Of a stretch of 64,000 bases of DNA, positions 34,246-43,962 are shown one piece after another (the first letter of the stretch is position 1; each line of letters opens with the position of its first letter). The DNA comes from Chloropicon primus (taxonomy: Eukaryota): NCBI GenBank assembly GCA_023205875.1, contig CP060759.1, positions 620,001-684,000 on the forward strand, read 5' to 3'. A program made the position numbers and the translations under genes. The notes beneath the pieces are model-generated. The model was not told the DNA's origin. It saw nothing but the letters and a program-made list of their open reading frames with translations, and ran no database searches.

Positions 34246-34842
34246 ATGATGGAGCCGCAGAGGTGTCCTGTGTGCGAGAGGAGTCTGGTGGGACTCACGG
34301 TGTCGGGGAGGGAGCTCCACGTCAACGAGTGCCTCGATGAGAGCGCGCGGAGATCGCAGGTGGAGGACGAGGAGGAGGCGGGCGGGGGACAAGTTGGTTC
34401 GGAGGACGAGGTGAGGCGGAAGGCTTCGTGCTCCGCGCTCGCTTCGAGCTCGAGGCGTCCGGAGACCTTGGAGCCAAAGTCTCGGCTGGCGAGGCTGGTC
34501 GGTCGCGAGGAGAGGGGGAAGGAGATCAACAGAAGCACGGCAGTGTCGCTCAGGGGCGCCCTCAGGGGCGTGCTGAAGGGGGCAGGCGGTGGGGTGAAGA
34601 AGACGGGGAAGCCGAGGCAAAGCAAGGCGACTTCTCTTGTGCAGGACTTTGGCGGGCAGCCGCAGGGGAGGCCCAGGATCCAACACCCGTCACTTCGAGA
34701 GCCTCGCTGTCATCGAGGCCAGAGCTACAACCACTACGGGGACTGCCTGCAGGAGTTCATGATGTCGAGCGAGGACACGGCGAAGGAGGATCCAAGCAGC
34801 TTGCTGATTCACTGCAAGCACGGGGAGGACTTGGATTTCTAG
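34246..34842 (+). CDS. Hypothetical protein with N-terminal UBZ4 (Rad18-type) zinc finger
   Basis: CPVC...ELHVNECLD. Confidence 0.6.
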   Translation: MMEPQRCPVCERSLVGLTVSGRELHVNECLDESARRSQVEDEEEAGGGQVGSEDEVRRKASCSALASSSRRPETLEPKSRLARLVGREERGKEINRSTAVSLRGALRGVLKGAGGGVKKTGKPRQSKATSLVQDFGGQPQGRPRIQHPSLREPRCHRGQSYNHYGDCLQEFMMSSEDTAKEDPSSLLIHCKHGEDLDF

Positions 34843-34898
34843 AAGCACGGGGTGTTGAAAAAAAATACATAATTCATTCCACAGGTAGACTCTCATCT

Positions 34899-36040
34899 TC
34901 AATTGCCTTTCTTCTCGAGGGAATGCGCTCTTCTCATGTCCTCGTAGTTCTTCAAGCCCGTTTGCGAGGTCACGACCTCTTCCCATTTCTTGTCCAAAAG
35001 CTCCTGGAGCTCCCTGAGATCAGGTTTGGGTTTCCTCCCCCCGTTCATCACCTTGGACGACTCCAGCCCAGCATCCTGCGGCATATGGCACCTCACGTTA
35101 TTCGCTTCCTTCCAAGTATGCTCGTCAAAATGCCTTTCGTGCTCCTTCATGAAGTTGAAGGTCGAGTTCTCCGTTGCGAGATCGATCAGGTCGGTGTTGC
35201 TTGTGTCGTAGCCCAAAAATTCCGCAACCTGCTTGACGACCTCTCTATGTGACGTCTTCATGTCCTCGTACCATAGCCAGAGGAGGTTCTTGTCGTTCCT
35301 GTGCGGCCACCAGCTCATGAGAAACTCCCAATACGATGGGTTGTTCATCTGCGTCACCGTCGTGTCAAGGCGCGCGCGCGAGAGAGAGAGAGAGACAGAG
35401 AGAGAGAGGCAATCAGGAATCAGTCCAAGACAGTCCAGAGGGGTCGCGTTGCACGAGATCACTTACGATGGTCTGAGGCTTCCCCCTCTCCAGGAACAAA
35501 AACTTCAAGAACGTGACCATAGATATCGAGTCCTTCTTGAAGAACCAGCCGTTGAGAAAGTTGTAGAAGGATATGGCAGAGTCCTCAGGGTTTCTGCACG
35601 ACGGTAGTTTGGGAGATCGATATGGGTCAGCAACGCGTCACGACAGGCACAGCTCAGCTCAGCAGCTCGGAGCCCCACCCTTACCTCGTGATAAGAATAT
35701 ACTTGGCGTCCTCGGAAGTGTTCAGGTGCGGTCTCCATGCGTGGGTCTTGAAAAGCCTCGGGGAGGTAACTTGCTCCCCGTTCACATCGATGCCGATGTC
35801 CTCGCAGGTCTCCAGCCAGGGCACAACGTTCGAGATCTCCTCGAAGCTCATGTCCCCGTTTGTTCGAAGCTGGTGGCATATCTGCTGCATCCACGTCGTC
35901 CCAGCCTTTGGTGAGGTACAGATGAACACGTCGCCCTTACGAGGCGTCACCCCGAGTCCCTTCTTCCTGCCCTCCGTGTAGAAGGAGTGAAGGACCACTT
36001 TGAGCTCCTCCATCGCCCTCTCCTCGTCCCCATCCGCCAT
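34899..36040 (-). CDS. Cytosolic-type sulfotransferase, 3 exons
   Basis: 5'-PSB loop DVFICTSPKAGTTW, RLFKTH, ITR|NPEDSAISFY, YEDMK, STFNFMK; donors near 35685 and 35465. Confidence 0.9.
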
Positions 36041-36418
36041 GGAACCACGATACAAAACCCCAAACTCGCTTCACCAGGACGCCAATTCGCTTCGACCGAC
36101 GGCTGTTTCGAAAGAAGAAGAGACGATCTCGACCTCTAAATCGAACTCCGCCTCGTCACTCCTCGCCCTTCTCGCCAAGCAATCGCGGCAAGCTCACTCT
36201 CTCACTCTCTCTCTCTCGTGGCCCCCAAAAGTGACTGTGAGTGCTTTCCTCCAGGATAAGGTCAGGAGTGCCGTGAGAGGAGTTTTGGAGGACGTGCCGG
36301 CCGCGTCGAGGACGTGGTCGTCGCGAGAGGCAGTCTGCGTGCTAGCGCTTCGCCAGGGCTTCAGATCGACACCTCGCTCCAAGCATTCGGTTCAAGATTG
36401 GTTCGGAGAGGGGGTGTG

Positions 36419-37743
36419 ATGGCGAAGGCGATGTTGGCCAGGGTAGGGAGTGGAGGGCGTTGTGGGGGGAGGGGGGAGGGGTCAGGGTCGTCTTCTTGCT
36501 TGGCGAGACGATGCGGTGGAGTTTTGACGCTCTCGCGGCCGAGTGGGAGGAGGACTGCGACGCTGCACCCGAGGAACCGTGGAAACGTTGGGAGGGAGGA
36601 GTACTCCTCGTACCGGAGGAGGAGGGAGTGGGACACTTGTGCGAGGAGCAGGGGAGGCGAGGCGGGGACGGGGGGTGAGATCGAGGTTGCTGGCGTTCCG
36701 AAGTGGCTTCTGAGAAGCTGCTTCGCCCTCGTGACGGTGGGTCAGGTCGTTGTGAAGACCTTCAGGGGTAAAATCCACGTGCGGAACGTGCTCGAGCAGC
36801 TCAGTAACGTTGGGCCAAAGTCGCTCAGCGTGTGTCTCTTGACCTCGTGCTTCGTTGGCATGGTGTTCACGATACAGGTAAGTCGAAGCGGCGGGTGATC
36901 CCCTCCAGCCGTTCGAAAGGCGGGCGTTTCGGTGTGTCTAACTCGGGGCGTTCCAACGTGGTCTGCAGTTCACGAGGGAGTTTGCGAGGTTGGGGCTGAC
37001 CAAGGCGGTGGGCGGTGTCCTCGCTCTCGCGCTCTCGAGAGAGTTGGTCCCGGTCATCACCGCGGTCATCATGGCGGGTCGAATCGGAAGCGCGTACGCG
37101 GCGGAACTTGGCACAATGAGAGTGTCAGAGCAAATAGACTCCCTCAGAATGTTGAGCACGGATCCTGTGGACTACCTGGTGACGCCAAGGGTCATCGCCT
37201 GTGCGATCGCCCTTCCCCTTCTCGCGATCTTGTGCTTCGCCATGGGGATCTCCGCATCCGTGCTCCTGGCAGGTAAGTCGTCCGTTCTTCCCTCCCGTTC
37301 CTCTGGCTGGATGACTCTGGTCCTGACACCAACCACCGCTGCGCGCGCTTTCTCCCTGTGCGAAGACTTGGTCTACGATGTGGGCCCGAACGTCATTTTG
37401 GACTCGGCTTCCAAGGCTCTGCAGAAGTCCGACATCTTCGCCCTGATACTCAAGTCCGTCGTGTTTGGGGCGATCATATCGAGTGTGAGTTGCTCGTGGG
37501 GGATGACAACTCAGGGGGGTGCAAAGGGAGTGGGAGAATCGACAACGTCCGCCGTCGTGATATCTTTAGGTGAGAACGAAGCACGGAGACTTTCTTCTCC
37601 TAGGTGTGAACTGTTACTGATTACATTTTCTTGGTTGTTCGAACTCGATGTTCGCAGTCGCGATCTTCATCGCGGATTTCTTCTTGTCCTTTGCCATCTT
37701 CCAAGGTGCCTCGAGCGAATCGATCAAGGCTTGCATGGTGTGA
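36419..37743 (+). CDS. TGD1: Trigalactosyldiacylglycerol 1 (MlaE-type ABC permease), plastid; 3 introns
   Basis: Transit peptide; GMVFTIQ|FTREF, RELVPVITA..AGRIGSAYAAELGTMRVSEQID, GGAKGVGESTTSAVV; last exon ends ..SIKACMV*. Confidence 0.93.
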
Positions 37744-37788
37744 CGCGATCCGTGGAACCCATTTTGTAATACTATGAGTGACACAACC

Positions 37789-38613
37789 CTAGTCCTTGGA
37801 GAACATTCCCTTGACGGCCTTGAAGCCCTTGATCAGGGGGTTGTTCTCCGCCACGTTGTTGTAGAGGGCCAGCTCAAGCTCGTCCTGGTCCGGCTTGGTC
37901 GCTTGTGAGGCCACCCTCCTGAACGTTGCCCCGTCCTTGACAAAAATATCCCAGTTCGACCCCTCCGGCGAATCGGAGAGGCACTTCAGGAGAGCTCCCT
38001 CCGCATTGAACCCCAGGAAGCCTTGCACCAGCAACGGAAGGAACTGGTACGCCGTATCGAAGGTGCCCCCGAGCTTCCCTTCCGTGAACCCCTTGGGGTT
38101 GATCGCGATGACCGAGCTCCACCTACTGCTCCCCAGCAGAAGCCCCGCTTGCGATTCGTCCACCCCGACCAAAACTAGAGAGCTCGCCTTGAGCTTCTTC
38201 GGGATGCTCTCCTCCACGTGATAGCAGTTCGCCAGATTCAGGGCCTTGGCGGAATCTGAAGCTCCCCGCGTCCCAAAGCACAAGACGGTCTTCTCAGAGG
38301 TCACGCCGTCCAAGAGCTCCGAAGCGAGCTCCGCGACGGTGTCCGGACTCTCCTTCTGGAGCGGAAAGTCCACGATGAGTCGCTTCGTTCCACGAGAAAT
38401 CCTCTTCAACACGCTCTTCTCCGACGACCCCTTGGCGTCGCTCCTCCTTCCCAAGCCGACGTTCAGCGCCGTCCTCGCCTGCCTGACGGCCTCCTCCCTC
38501 GACTCCGGCGGAAGGACGACGGCCCGTGCGATCGTCGCCGACCTGTGCGACACCACCCTCCCCCTCTCTCCGCACACACACCACCCTCGTCCCCTCGCCA
38601 CGCTCGTCGCCAT
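37789..38613 (-). CDS. Plastid-targeted DUF1995-like protein
   Basis: Transit peptide, then PESREEAVRQA...RLIVDFP...INP...YQFLP...GALL...W pattern typical of DUF1995 proteins. Confidence 0.6.
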   Translation of the reverse strand: MATSVARGRGWCVCGERGRVVSHRSATIARAVVLPPESREEAVRQARTALNVGLGRRSDAKGSSEKSVLKRISRGTKRLIVDFPLQKESPDTVAELASELLDGVTSEKTVLCFGTRGASDSAKALNLANCYHVEESIPKKLKASSLVLVGVDESQAGLLLGSSRWSSVIAINPKGFTEGKLGGTFDTAYQFLPLLVQGFLGFNAEGALLKCLSDSPEGSNWDIFVKDGATFRRVASQATKPDQDELELALYNNVAENNPLIKGFKAVKGMFSKD

Positions 38614-38646
38614 CGCGATAAGACAAACTGATCCCGTGATCGTGAG

Positions 38647-38916
38647 ATGGTGACGGAGGAGTACGCCCAAGCCGTGCAGGAGGCCCAGCGCTATGACAGC
38701 AAGTCCCCGGAGAAGAAGAGAGAGATCGCGGACTACAACGAGGCGTTGAGGATCATCTTTGCGGACGCGTCTCTTAAGCTGAGCGACAAGGAACAATGCA
38801 TTGTGAAGAGAGAGTACCTGGAAGAGGTCGGGCTCTGCAAAGCTCCTCGTCGTCCTTCGAAGAGAAGACGAAGCAAGGCGGTTCCTTCCATTGTGAAGGT
38901 CAAGCAGGAAGAGTGA
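38647..38916 (+). CDS. Small hypothetical protein (89 aa) with basic NLS-like stretch and C-terminal VKQE
   Basis: ATG-initiated ORF with coding-like composition; a frameshifted paralogous fragment lies at 2157-2303. Confidence 0.45.
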   Translation: MVTEEYAQAVQEAQRYDSKSPEKKREIADYNEALRIIFADASLKLSDKEQCIVKREYLEEVGLCKAPRRPSKRRRSKAVPSIVKVKQEE

Positions 38917-39089
38917 GAATGGAGACCAGTGTAGCGGAGAGGAAAACAAGCCGGTACGGGACTGCATAAACAAAATGTAGATACAAATAACGTCCCCCTG
39001 TGGTCTCTTCTCATTATCATCGATGCCAACGAGACGAGACCGGAGCTTGTGCGTTACAAAAGCTAGTTTGATATTGAATGCACATTGAT

Positions 39090-40874
39090 TTATCGACCAG
39101 AACCGTAGATTGCTGGCCTCAGGGCAGCCGTGAAGGCCGCAGCGAGTCCTCCAGAGAAAGGAAGGGTGAGCACCCACGTCGCAAAGATTCTCCCGAAGAG
39201 GCTCCACTTCACTTGCTTTGGTCCAAAGGCGGAGAGTCCCACCGCCACGACACCTCCGACCTGGCAATGGGTCGTGGAGACCGGCATTGAGATCGTGGTG
39301 GCAATGATGACCGTGAAAGTGGACGCGAACTCCACGCACCACCCGCGGTGGAAGTTGATGTCCACAATGTTGGTTCCGATGGTCTTGATGACGCGGTACC
39401 CAAAGGTGTTCACCCCGAGGAAGACGAAGAAGCCTGCCACGGCCATGACCCACACGGGCGTCTCTGGCTTCTTGCACGCGTCGGTTCCCTCCTGGAAGGT
39501 CTGGATGATGGCGGACATGGCTCCCGTCGCGTTTCCGGTATCGTTCGACCCGTGGGCAAAGGACTCGAGGGCCGCCACGAAGACGAGGAGGTACTTGAAG
39601 TAGTAAATGGCGTCCTTCTCGTCCTCGTTGTACACCTCGCCGGAGTGGGGCGAGTTCAGCTCGTTGATGGCGTCAAAGGTCTCGTGCCTCTGGAGGGAGT
39701 CGACAACGTCCTTGCCGGGCGACTTGAGCTCCTCCGGGGCGTCGCCATCCGCGGCGGGCTTGGCGACCTGCTTCGCCGCGTCGAACTCAACCTGCCCCTC
39801 GGCGTCGACCTGCTTTGGCCTCAACGAAGGCAGCCTGGGCCTGACGTAGTACCAGCAGAAGAGGAACCCCCCGAGGAGGAGGGCCGCGCCGGCCGGGATG
39901 GCGAAGATGGCGAACTCGTTCAGGCTGTACTTCTTCTTCGTCAGGGGCGCCTTCATGAGGATCAGGAAGAGCATGACGTAGGCCTGGGCCCCGTACAAGC
40001 ACGGCACGCCGATCAGGGCGTTCCTCTTGGGGTTCCCCCCGAGCTTCGGCTTGATGATCGTGTAGTACGTGAGGAAGTACGCCGCGGACCCGATCATCCC
40101 GGACAGGAGCGGGGAGGCCACCCAGGAGAGCACGATGCCCCCGAGGCCGCCGTCGAGCTTCCAGTTCAGGCACCTCCACGCGGTCGCCGCCCAGGTGGCG
40201 CCGACGGCGCCACCGATAATGGCGTGCGTGGTGGAGACCGGCATCCAGGTCGTGCTCGCCAGGAGCAGGAAGATGGACGCCGCCAGCAGGGCGGAGAACA
40301 TGGCGACGGCGTACAGGGACATCGCGCTGTTGCACATCCCGCAGGCGAAGCAGCTGGGGTCCCCGATCTTCGCGGTCCCCTTGATGGTCTTGGCCACGCC
40401 GTACCCCACCGCCACCGCGCCGGCCCACTCCATGATGCCGCCCACGAAGCAGCCCCACCTCAGGCTGATCGCCCCGGACCCCACGGAGGTCCCCCAGGAG
40501 TTCGCCGCGTCGTTCGAACCGATGCCGTACGCCATGACCATCGCGACCACGGCCCCGACCCCCACCACCCACTTGAGGGAGCTCGGGTTCACAAAGTGGT
40601 CGTTGTACGGCGCACACGTCGGGTTCGCGGGGTCGTCCTCCTCCACGTAGTCGAAGAACTCCAAGTTCTCGCAATCGTACACCCCGACCTCGCACTCTGT
40701 CACCGTCGCAGTGACAGACCTGTCGCCCACGTTAAACGTCTCCGTAACGCCATTTCCGCTCTCCTGCGCCACCGCAATCGCCGCGACGCTCAGCACCACC
40801 ACAAAGAGCCCCAACGCGACCGCGTAAAGGGAAATCTTCTTCATCTTCATCCTCCTCGTCGTCAGTTGCGCCAT
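39090..40874 (-). CDS. PiT/PHO4 (SLC20, algal PTB-type) inorganic phosphate transporter
   Basis: Two PHO4 repeats: GSNDAANSWGTSVGSG, PVSTTHAIIG; HGSNDTGNA, PVSTTHCQVG; N-terminal signal peptide. Confidence 0.95.
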   Translation of the reverse strand: MAQLTTRRMKMKKISLYAVALGLFVVVLSVAAIAVAQESGNGVTETFNVGDRSVTATVTECEVGVYDCENLEFFDYVEEDDPANPTCAPYNDHFVNPSSLKWVVGVGAVVAMVMAYGIGSNDAANSWGTSVGSGAISLRWGCFVGGIMEWAGAVAVGYGVAKTIKGTAKIGDPSCFACGMCNSAMSLYAVAMFSALLAASIFLLLASTTWMPVSTTHAIIGGAVGATWAATAWRCLNWKLDGGLGGIVLSWVASPLLSGMIGSAAYFLTYYTIIKPKLGGNPKRNALIGVPCLYGAQAYVMLFLILMKAPLTKKKYSLNEFAIFAIPAGAALLLGGFLFCWYYVRPRLPSLRPKQVDAEGQVEFDAAKQVAKPAADGDAPEELKSPGKDVVDSLQRHETFDAINELNSPHSGEVYNEDEKDAIYYFKYLLVFVAALESFAHGSNDTGNATGAMSAIIQTFQEGTDACKKPETPVWVMAVAGFFVFLGVNTFGYRVIKTIGTNIVDINFHRGWCVEFASTFTVIIATTISMPVSTTHCQVGGVVAVGLSAFGPKQVKWSLFGRIFATWVLTLPFSGGLAAAFTAALRPAIYGSGR

Positions 40875-41074
40875 GACCTCGCCGGTTGCCGCCGCCGTGT
40901 CGTCGATTCTGAGAAAGCGCTGTCGACCCTCCGATCGCCCTCTCAAACGAGCACCTGATGCTTTGATCCCCTTTGTGATCCTTTGATTTCCTTTTTTTCT
41001 TGGACTTTCTACCTTTGGTTTTCTCGGATGAGCTTTTATCCAAATCTCTACAGAAAATGTTACAAAAGTTTCGA

Positions 41075-41120
41075 TTGTGTAACGTCACTGGTTGTGTGAC
41101 GTCACTGGTTGTGTAACGTC
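41075..41120. promoter_or_regulatory. 17-bp tandem repeat (x2.7) containing the palindrome GTGACGTCAC in the PiT/ACR3 divergent spacer
   Basis: ttgtgtaacgtcactgg ttgtgtgacgtcactgg ttgtgtaacgtc. The repeat is observed; its regulatory role is inferred. Confidence 0.55.
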
Positions 41121-41192
41121 TCTGCTCGTGGCGCGAAGGGGAGAAAACGTGTTGGCGGGAGTGGAGGAGAGGAGAGGAGGAAAAACAAAACG

Positions 41193-42434
41193 ATGGTTGC
41201 GATGGAGACGTCTTCGTCTTCTCGGGTCACTGACCCCCCCCAGCAACAACCCTTGTCCGTGGAGGTGTCCTTGCCTCCCTCCTCGGATGACGGCGAGAAG
41301 ACGAAGATGGCGCTGTCGTGGGTGGACAAGTTGCTGACCGTGTGGATTCTGCTGGCGGTGGGCCTGGGGATTGGGCTGTCCCAAATCGACCAAGTCAGGG
41401 AGGGCCTGAAGGGCGCCAAGGTGGGGACGACGAACATCCCCATCGCGATTGGGCTCGTGCTCATGATGTACCCCCCGCTCGCCAAGGTGCACTACGACTG
41501 GATCCCCAAGCTCTTGGTGCAGGTCAGGCCCATGGTCCTGTCCGTGGTGCAGAACTGGATCCTGGGGCCGCTCCTGATGTTCTTCCTGGCCTTCGCCTTC
41601 CTCAAGGACTACCCGGAGTACCTGCAGGGGGTCATCCTGGTGGGGTGCGCCCGGTGCATCGCCATGGTGATCGTGTGGAACGAGTTCGCAGCCGGGGACT
41701 CGGAGCTGTGCGCCACCCTGGTCGCCCTGAACTCCATCCTGACCGTGTTCCTGTACTCGTTCTACGCGGTGGCGCTGATCAACAAGCTCGCCCCGGCGCT
41801 CGGGGTGCAGACGACCTCGGTGACCATCACCATGGTGCAGGCCCTGGAGAGCGTGGCGATCTACCTGGGGATCCCCTTCGCCCTCGGGGTCCTGTCCTGG
41901 CTCGTCCTCAGGAGGGCCAAGGGGGAGGAGTGGTACTACGGCAAGTTCGCCAAGTGGATCTCGCCCATCACCCTGGCGGCCCTGCTGTACACGATCGTGA
42001 TCATGTTCTCGATGGAGGGGTACCAGATCATCACCAAACCCAAGGAGCTCGCGCTCTGCGCGGCCCCCATGCTGATCTACTTTGCCGTCATGTTCCTCGG
42101 CAGCTTCTTCATGGCCTACTTCCTGGAGATGGACTACCCAAAGTGCGCCACCATCGCGTTTACGGCCGCCAGCAACAACTTTGAGTTGGCCCTCGCGGTC
42201 GCCCTCGCGGTCTTCGGCACCGGGTCCGCGGGAGCATTCGCCACGATCATCGGACCCTTGGTCGAGATACCCGTCATGCTCGCCCTCGTGCACGTCTCCA
42301 ACCTGTTCGCCAAGGTCTGCTTCAAGAACGGACCGTGGAGCTGGAGGGAGTGGAGAAACAGGAGAAGCAGGGGCAAAGACGACGGCGACGGCGCGACGAC
42401 GAGCCAAAAGCCCGACGGCGTGGTCCAGTCTTGA
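41193..42434 (+). CDS. ACR3: ACR3 arsenite efflux transporter, copy 1
   Basis: IPIAIGLVLMMYPPLAKV, QNWILGPLLMF, ARCIAMVIVWN (conserved Cys), SNNFELALAVA, GPLVEIPVM. Confidence 0.95.
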   Translation: MVAMETSSSSRVTDPPQQQPLSVEVSLPPSSDDGEKTKMALSWVDKLLTVWILLAVGLGIGLSQIDQVREGLKGAKVGTTNIPIAIGLVLMMYPPLAKVHYDWIPKLLVQVRPMVLSVVQNWILGPLLMFFLAFAFLKDYPEYLQGVILVGCARCIAMVIVWNEFAAGDSELCATLVALNSILTVFLYSFYAVALINKLAPALGVQTTSVTITMVQALESVAIYLGIPFALGVLSWLVLRRAKGEEWYYGKFAKWISPITLAALLYTIVIMFSMEGYQIITKPKELALCAAPMLIYFAVMFLGSFFMAYFLEMDYPKCATIAFTAASNNFELALAVALAVFGTGSAGAFATIIGPLVEIPVMLALVHVSNLFAKVCFKNGPWSWREWRNRRSRGKDDGDGATTSQKPDGVVQS

Positions 42435-42600
42435 TTTATGGATAAGCCTTGATTTAGTAGGACTGATTTAGAGAACGCTTAGCACCTGTGTTTGAGAACA
42501 CCCCTTCTCGTGTCCCCCAGGAGGCCACAAAAGCTCTCTGGCTCCTCTCCTCTCCTCCCTGATTGAGCGTTACCTTTTCTTGCAGACAAAAAAATCGACG

Positions 42601-43962
42601 ATGGCGACGACGATGGCGACGACGACGACGGCGGCGAGGAGCTTGCGGGGACTCTGGGGGGCGGCCAGGACGGAGCCGAGGCGCGGCGGCGTGGGGGGCA
42701 GCGGCACCCTCCCCCCCTCGGCGACGCGCCAGGCCGTCGCGCTCCGAGCGAGGGGCCCCCTCCCCGCTCGGAGGATCGTGTCCGCGAGGACGGCGGCGAA
42801 CGGGTCGTCGTCGTCGTCGTACAACGACGAGGAGAGCAGCTCGGACGCGTCCGACGCCGGACTCAAGGTCCAGGGTGGCAACTTCGTGCTCCTGAGGGAC
42901 CAGGACAAGGAGCTCCCGTGGGTGGAGAAGCTGCTGACCGTGTGGATCCTCCTGGCCTGCGCGATCGGAACGGCCCTCTCGCAGTTCCCGGCCGTGAGGC
43001 AGGGCCTCGCGAGGACGTCCGTGGGGACGACGAACATCCCCATCGCGATTGGGCTCGTGCTCATGATGTACCCCCCGCTCGCCAAGGTGCACTACGACTG
43101 GATCCCCAAGCTCTTGGTGCAGGTCAGGCCCATGGTCCTGTCCGTGGTGCAGAACTGGATCCTGGGGCCGCTCCTGATGTTCTTCCTGGCCTTCGCCTTC
43201 CTCAAGGACTACCCGGAGTACCTGCAGGGGGTCATCCTGGTGGGGTGCGCCCGGTGCATCGCCATGGTGATCGTGTGGAACGAGTTCGCAGCCGGGGACT
43301 CGGAGCTGTGCGCCACCCTGGTCGCCCTGAACTCCATCCTGACCATCTTGCTCTACGCCCCGTTCGCGTACGGCCTCATCAACAAACTCCTCCCGGCGCT
43401 CGGGGTCCCCACGGCCGAGATCAGCTTGGGGTTCTCGTCCGTCCTGCAGAGCGTGGCGATCTACCTGGGGATCCCCTTCGCCCTCGGCGTCCTGTCCTGG
43501 CTCGTCCTCAGGAGGGCCAAGGGGGAGGAGTGGTACTACGGCAAGTTCGTCAAGAGGATCTCGCCCATCACCCTGACGGCCCTACTCTTGACCATCGTTT
43601 TCATGTTCGCGTTGGAGGGGCACACCCTGATCCAGAGGCCTGTTGAGATTTTGCTCTGCGCGGCCCCCATGCTGATCTACTTTGCCGTCATGTTCCTCGG
43701 CAGCTTCTTCATGGCCTACTTCCTGGAATGCGATTACCCCACGTGCGCCACCATCTCGTTCACGGCCGCCAGCAACAACTTTGAGTTGGCCCTCGCGGTC
43801 GCCGTTTCCGTCTTTGGTTTCGGTTCCAAAGGAGCCCTGGCCACGATCGCGGGGCCGCTCACCGAGATTCCCATCATGCTCGCTCTGGTCCACCTCTCCA
43901 AGACGTTCAAACGAGTGTGCTTCAAGAACGGCAAGTCGTGGAGCTGGGCAAGGAAAACGTGA
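42601..43962 (+). CDS. ACR3: ACR3 arsenite efflux transporter, copy 2, with predicted plastid transit peptide
   Basis: Same ACR3 motifs (ARCIAM, SNNFE, GPLTEIP). The N-terminus MATTMATTTTAARSLRGLWG...RQAVALRAR...RIVSARTAA is Ala/Arg/Thr-rich with a single acidic residue. Confidence 0.93.
   Translation: MATTMATTTTAARSLRGLWGAARTEPRRGGVGGSGTLPPSATRQAVALRARGPLPARRIVSARTAANGSSSSSYNDEESSSDASDAGLKVQGGNFVLLRDQDKELPWVEKLLTVWILLACAIGTALSQFPAVRQGLARTSVGTTNIPIAIGLVLMMYPPLAKVHYDWIPKLLVQVRPMVLSVVQNWILGPLLMFFLAFAFLKDYPEYLQGVILVGCARCIAMVIVWNEFAAGDSELCATLVALNSILTILLYAPFAYGLINKLLPALGVPTAEISLGFSSVLQSVAIYLGIPFALGVLSWLVLRRAKGEEWYYGKFVKRISPITLTALLLTIVFMFALEGHTLIQRPVEILLCAAPMLIYFAVMFLGSFFMAYFLECDYPTCATISFTAASNNFELALAVAVSVFGFGSKGALATIAGPLTEIPIMLALVHLSKTFKRVCFKNGKSWSWARKT

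Noticed and set aside
37789..39477. 562-aa ORF apparently fusing the phosphate-transporter region with the DUF1995 protein
   Set aside because: The upstream part is an off-frame read of the PiT gene and intergenic DNA; the credible start is ATG 38613 with a transit peptide
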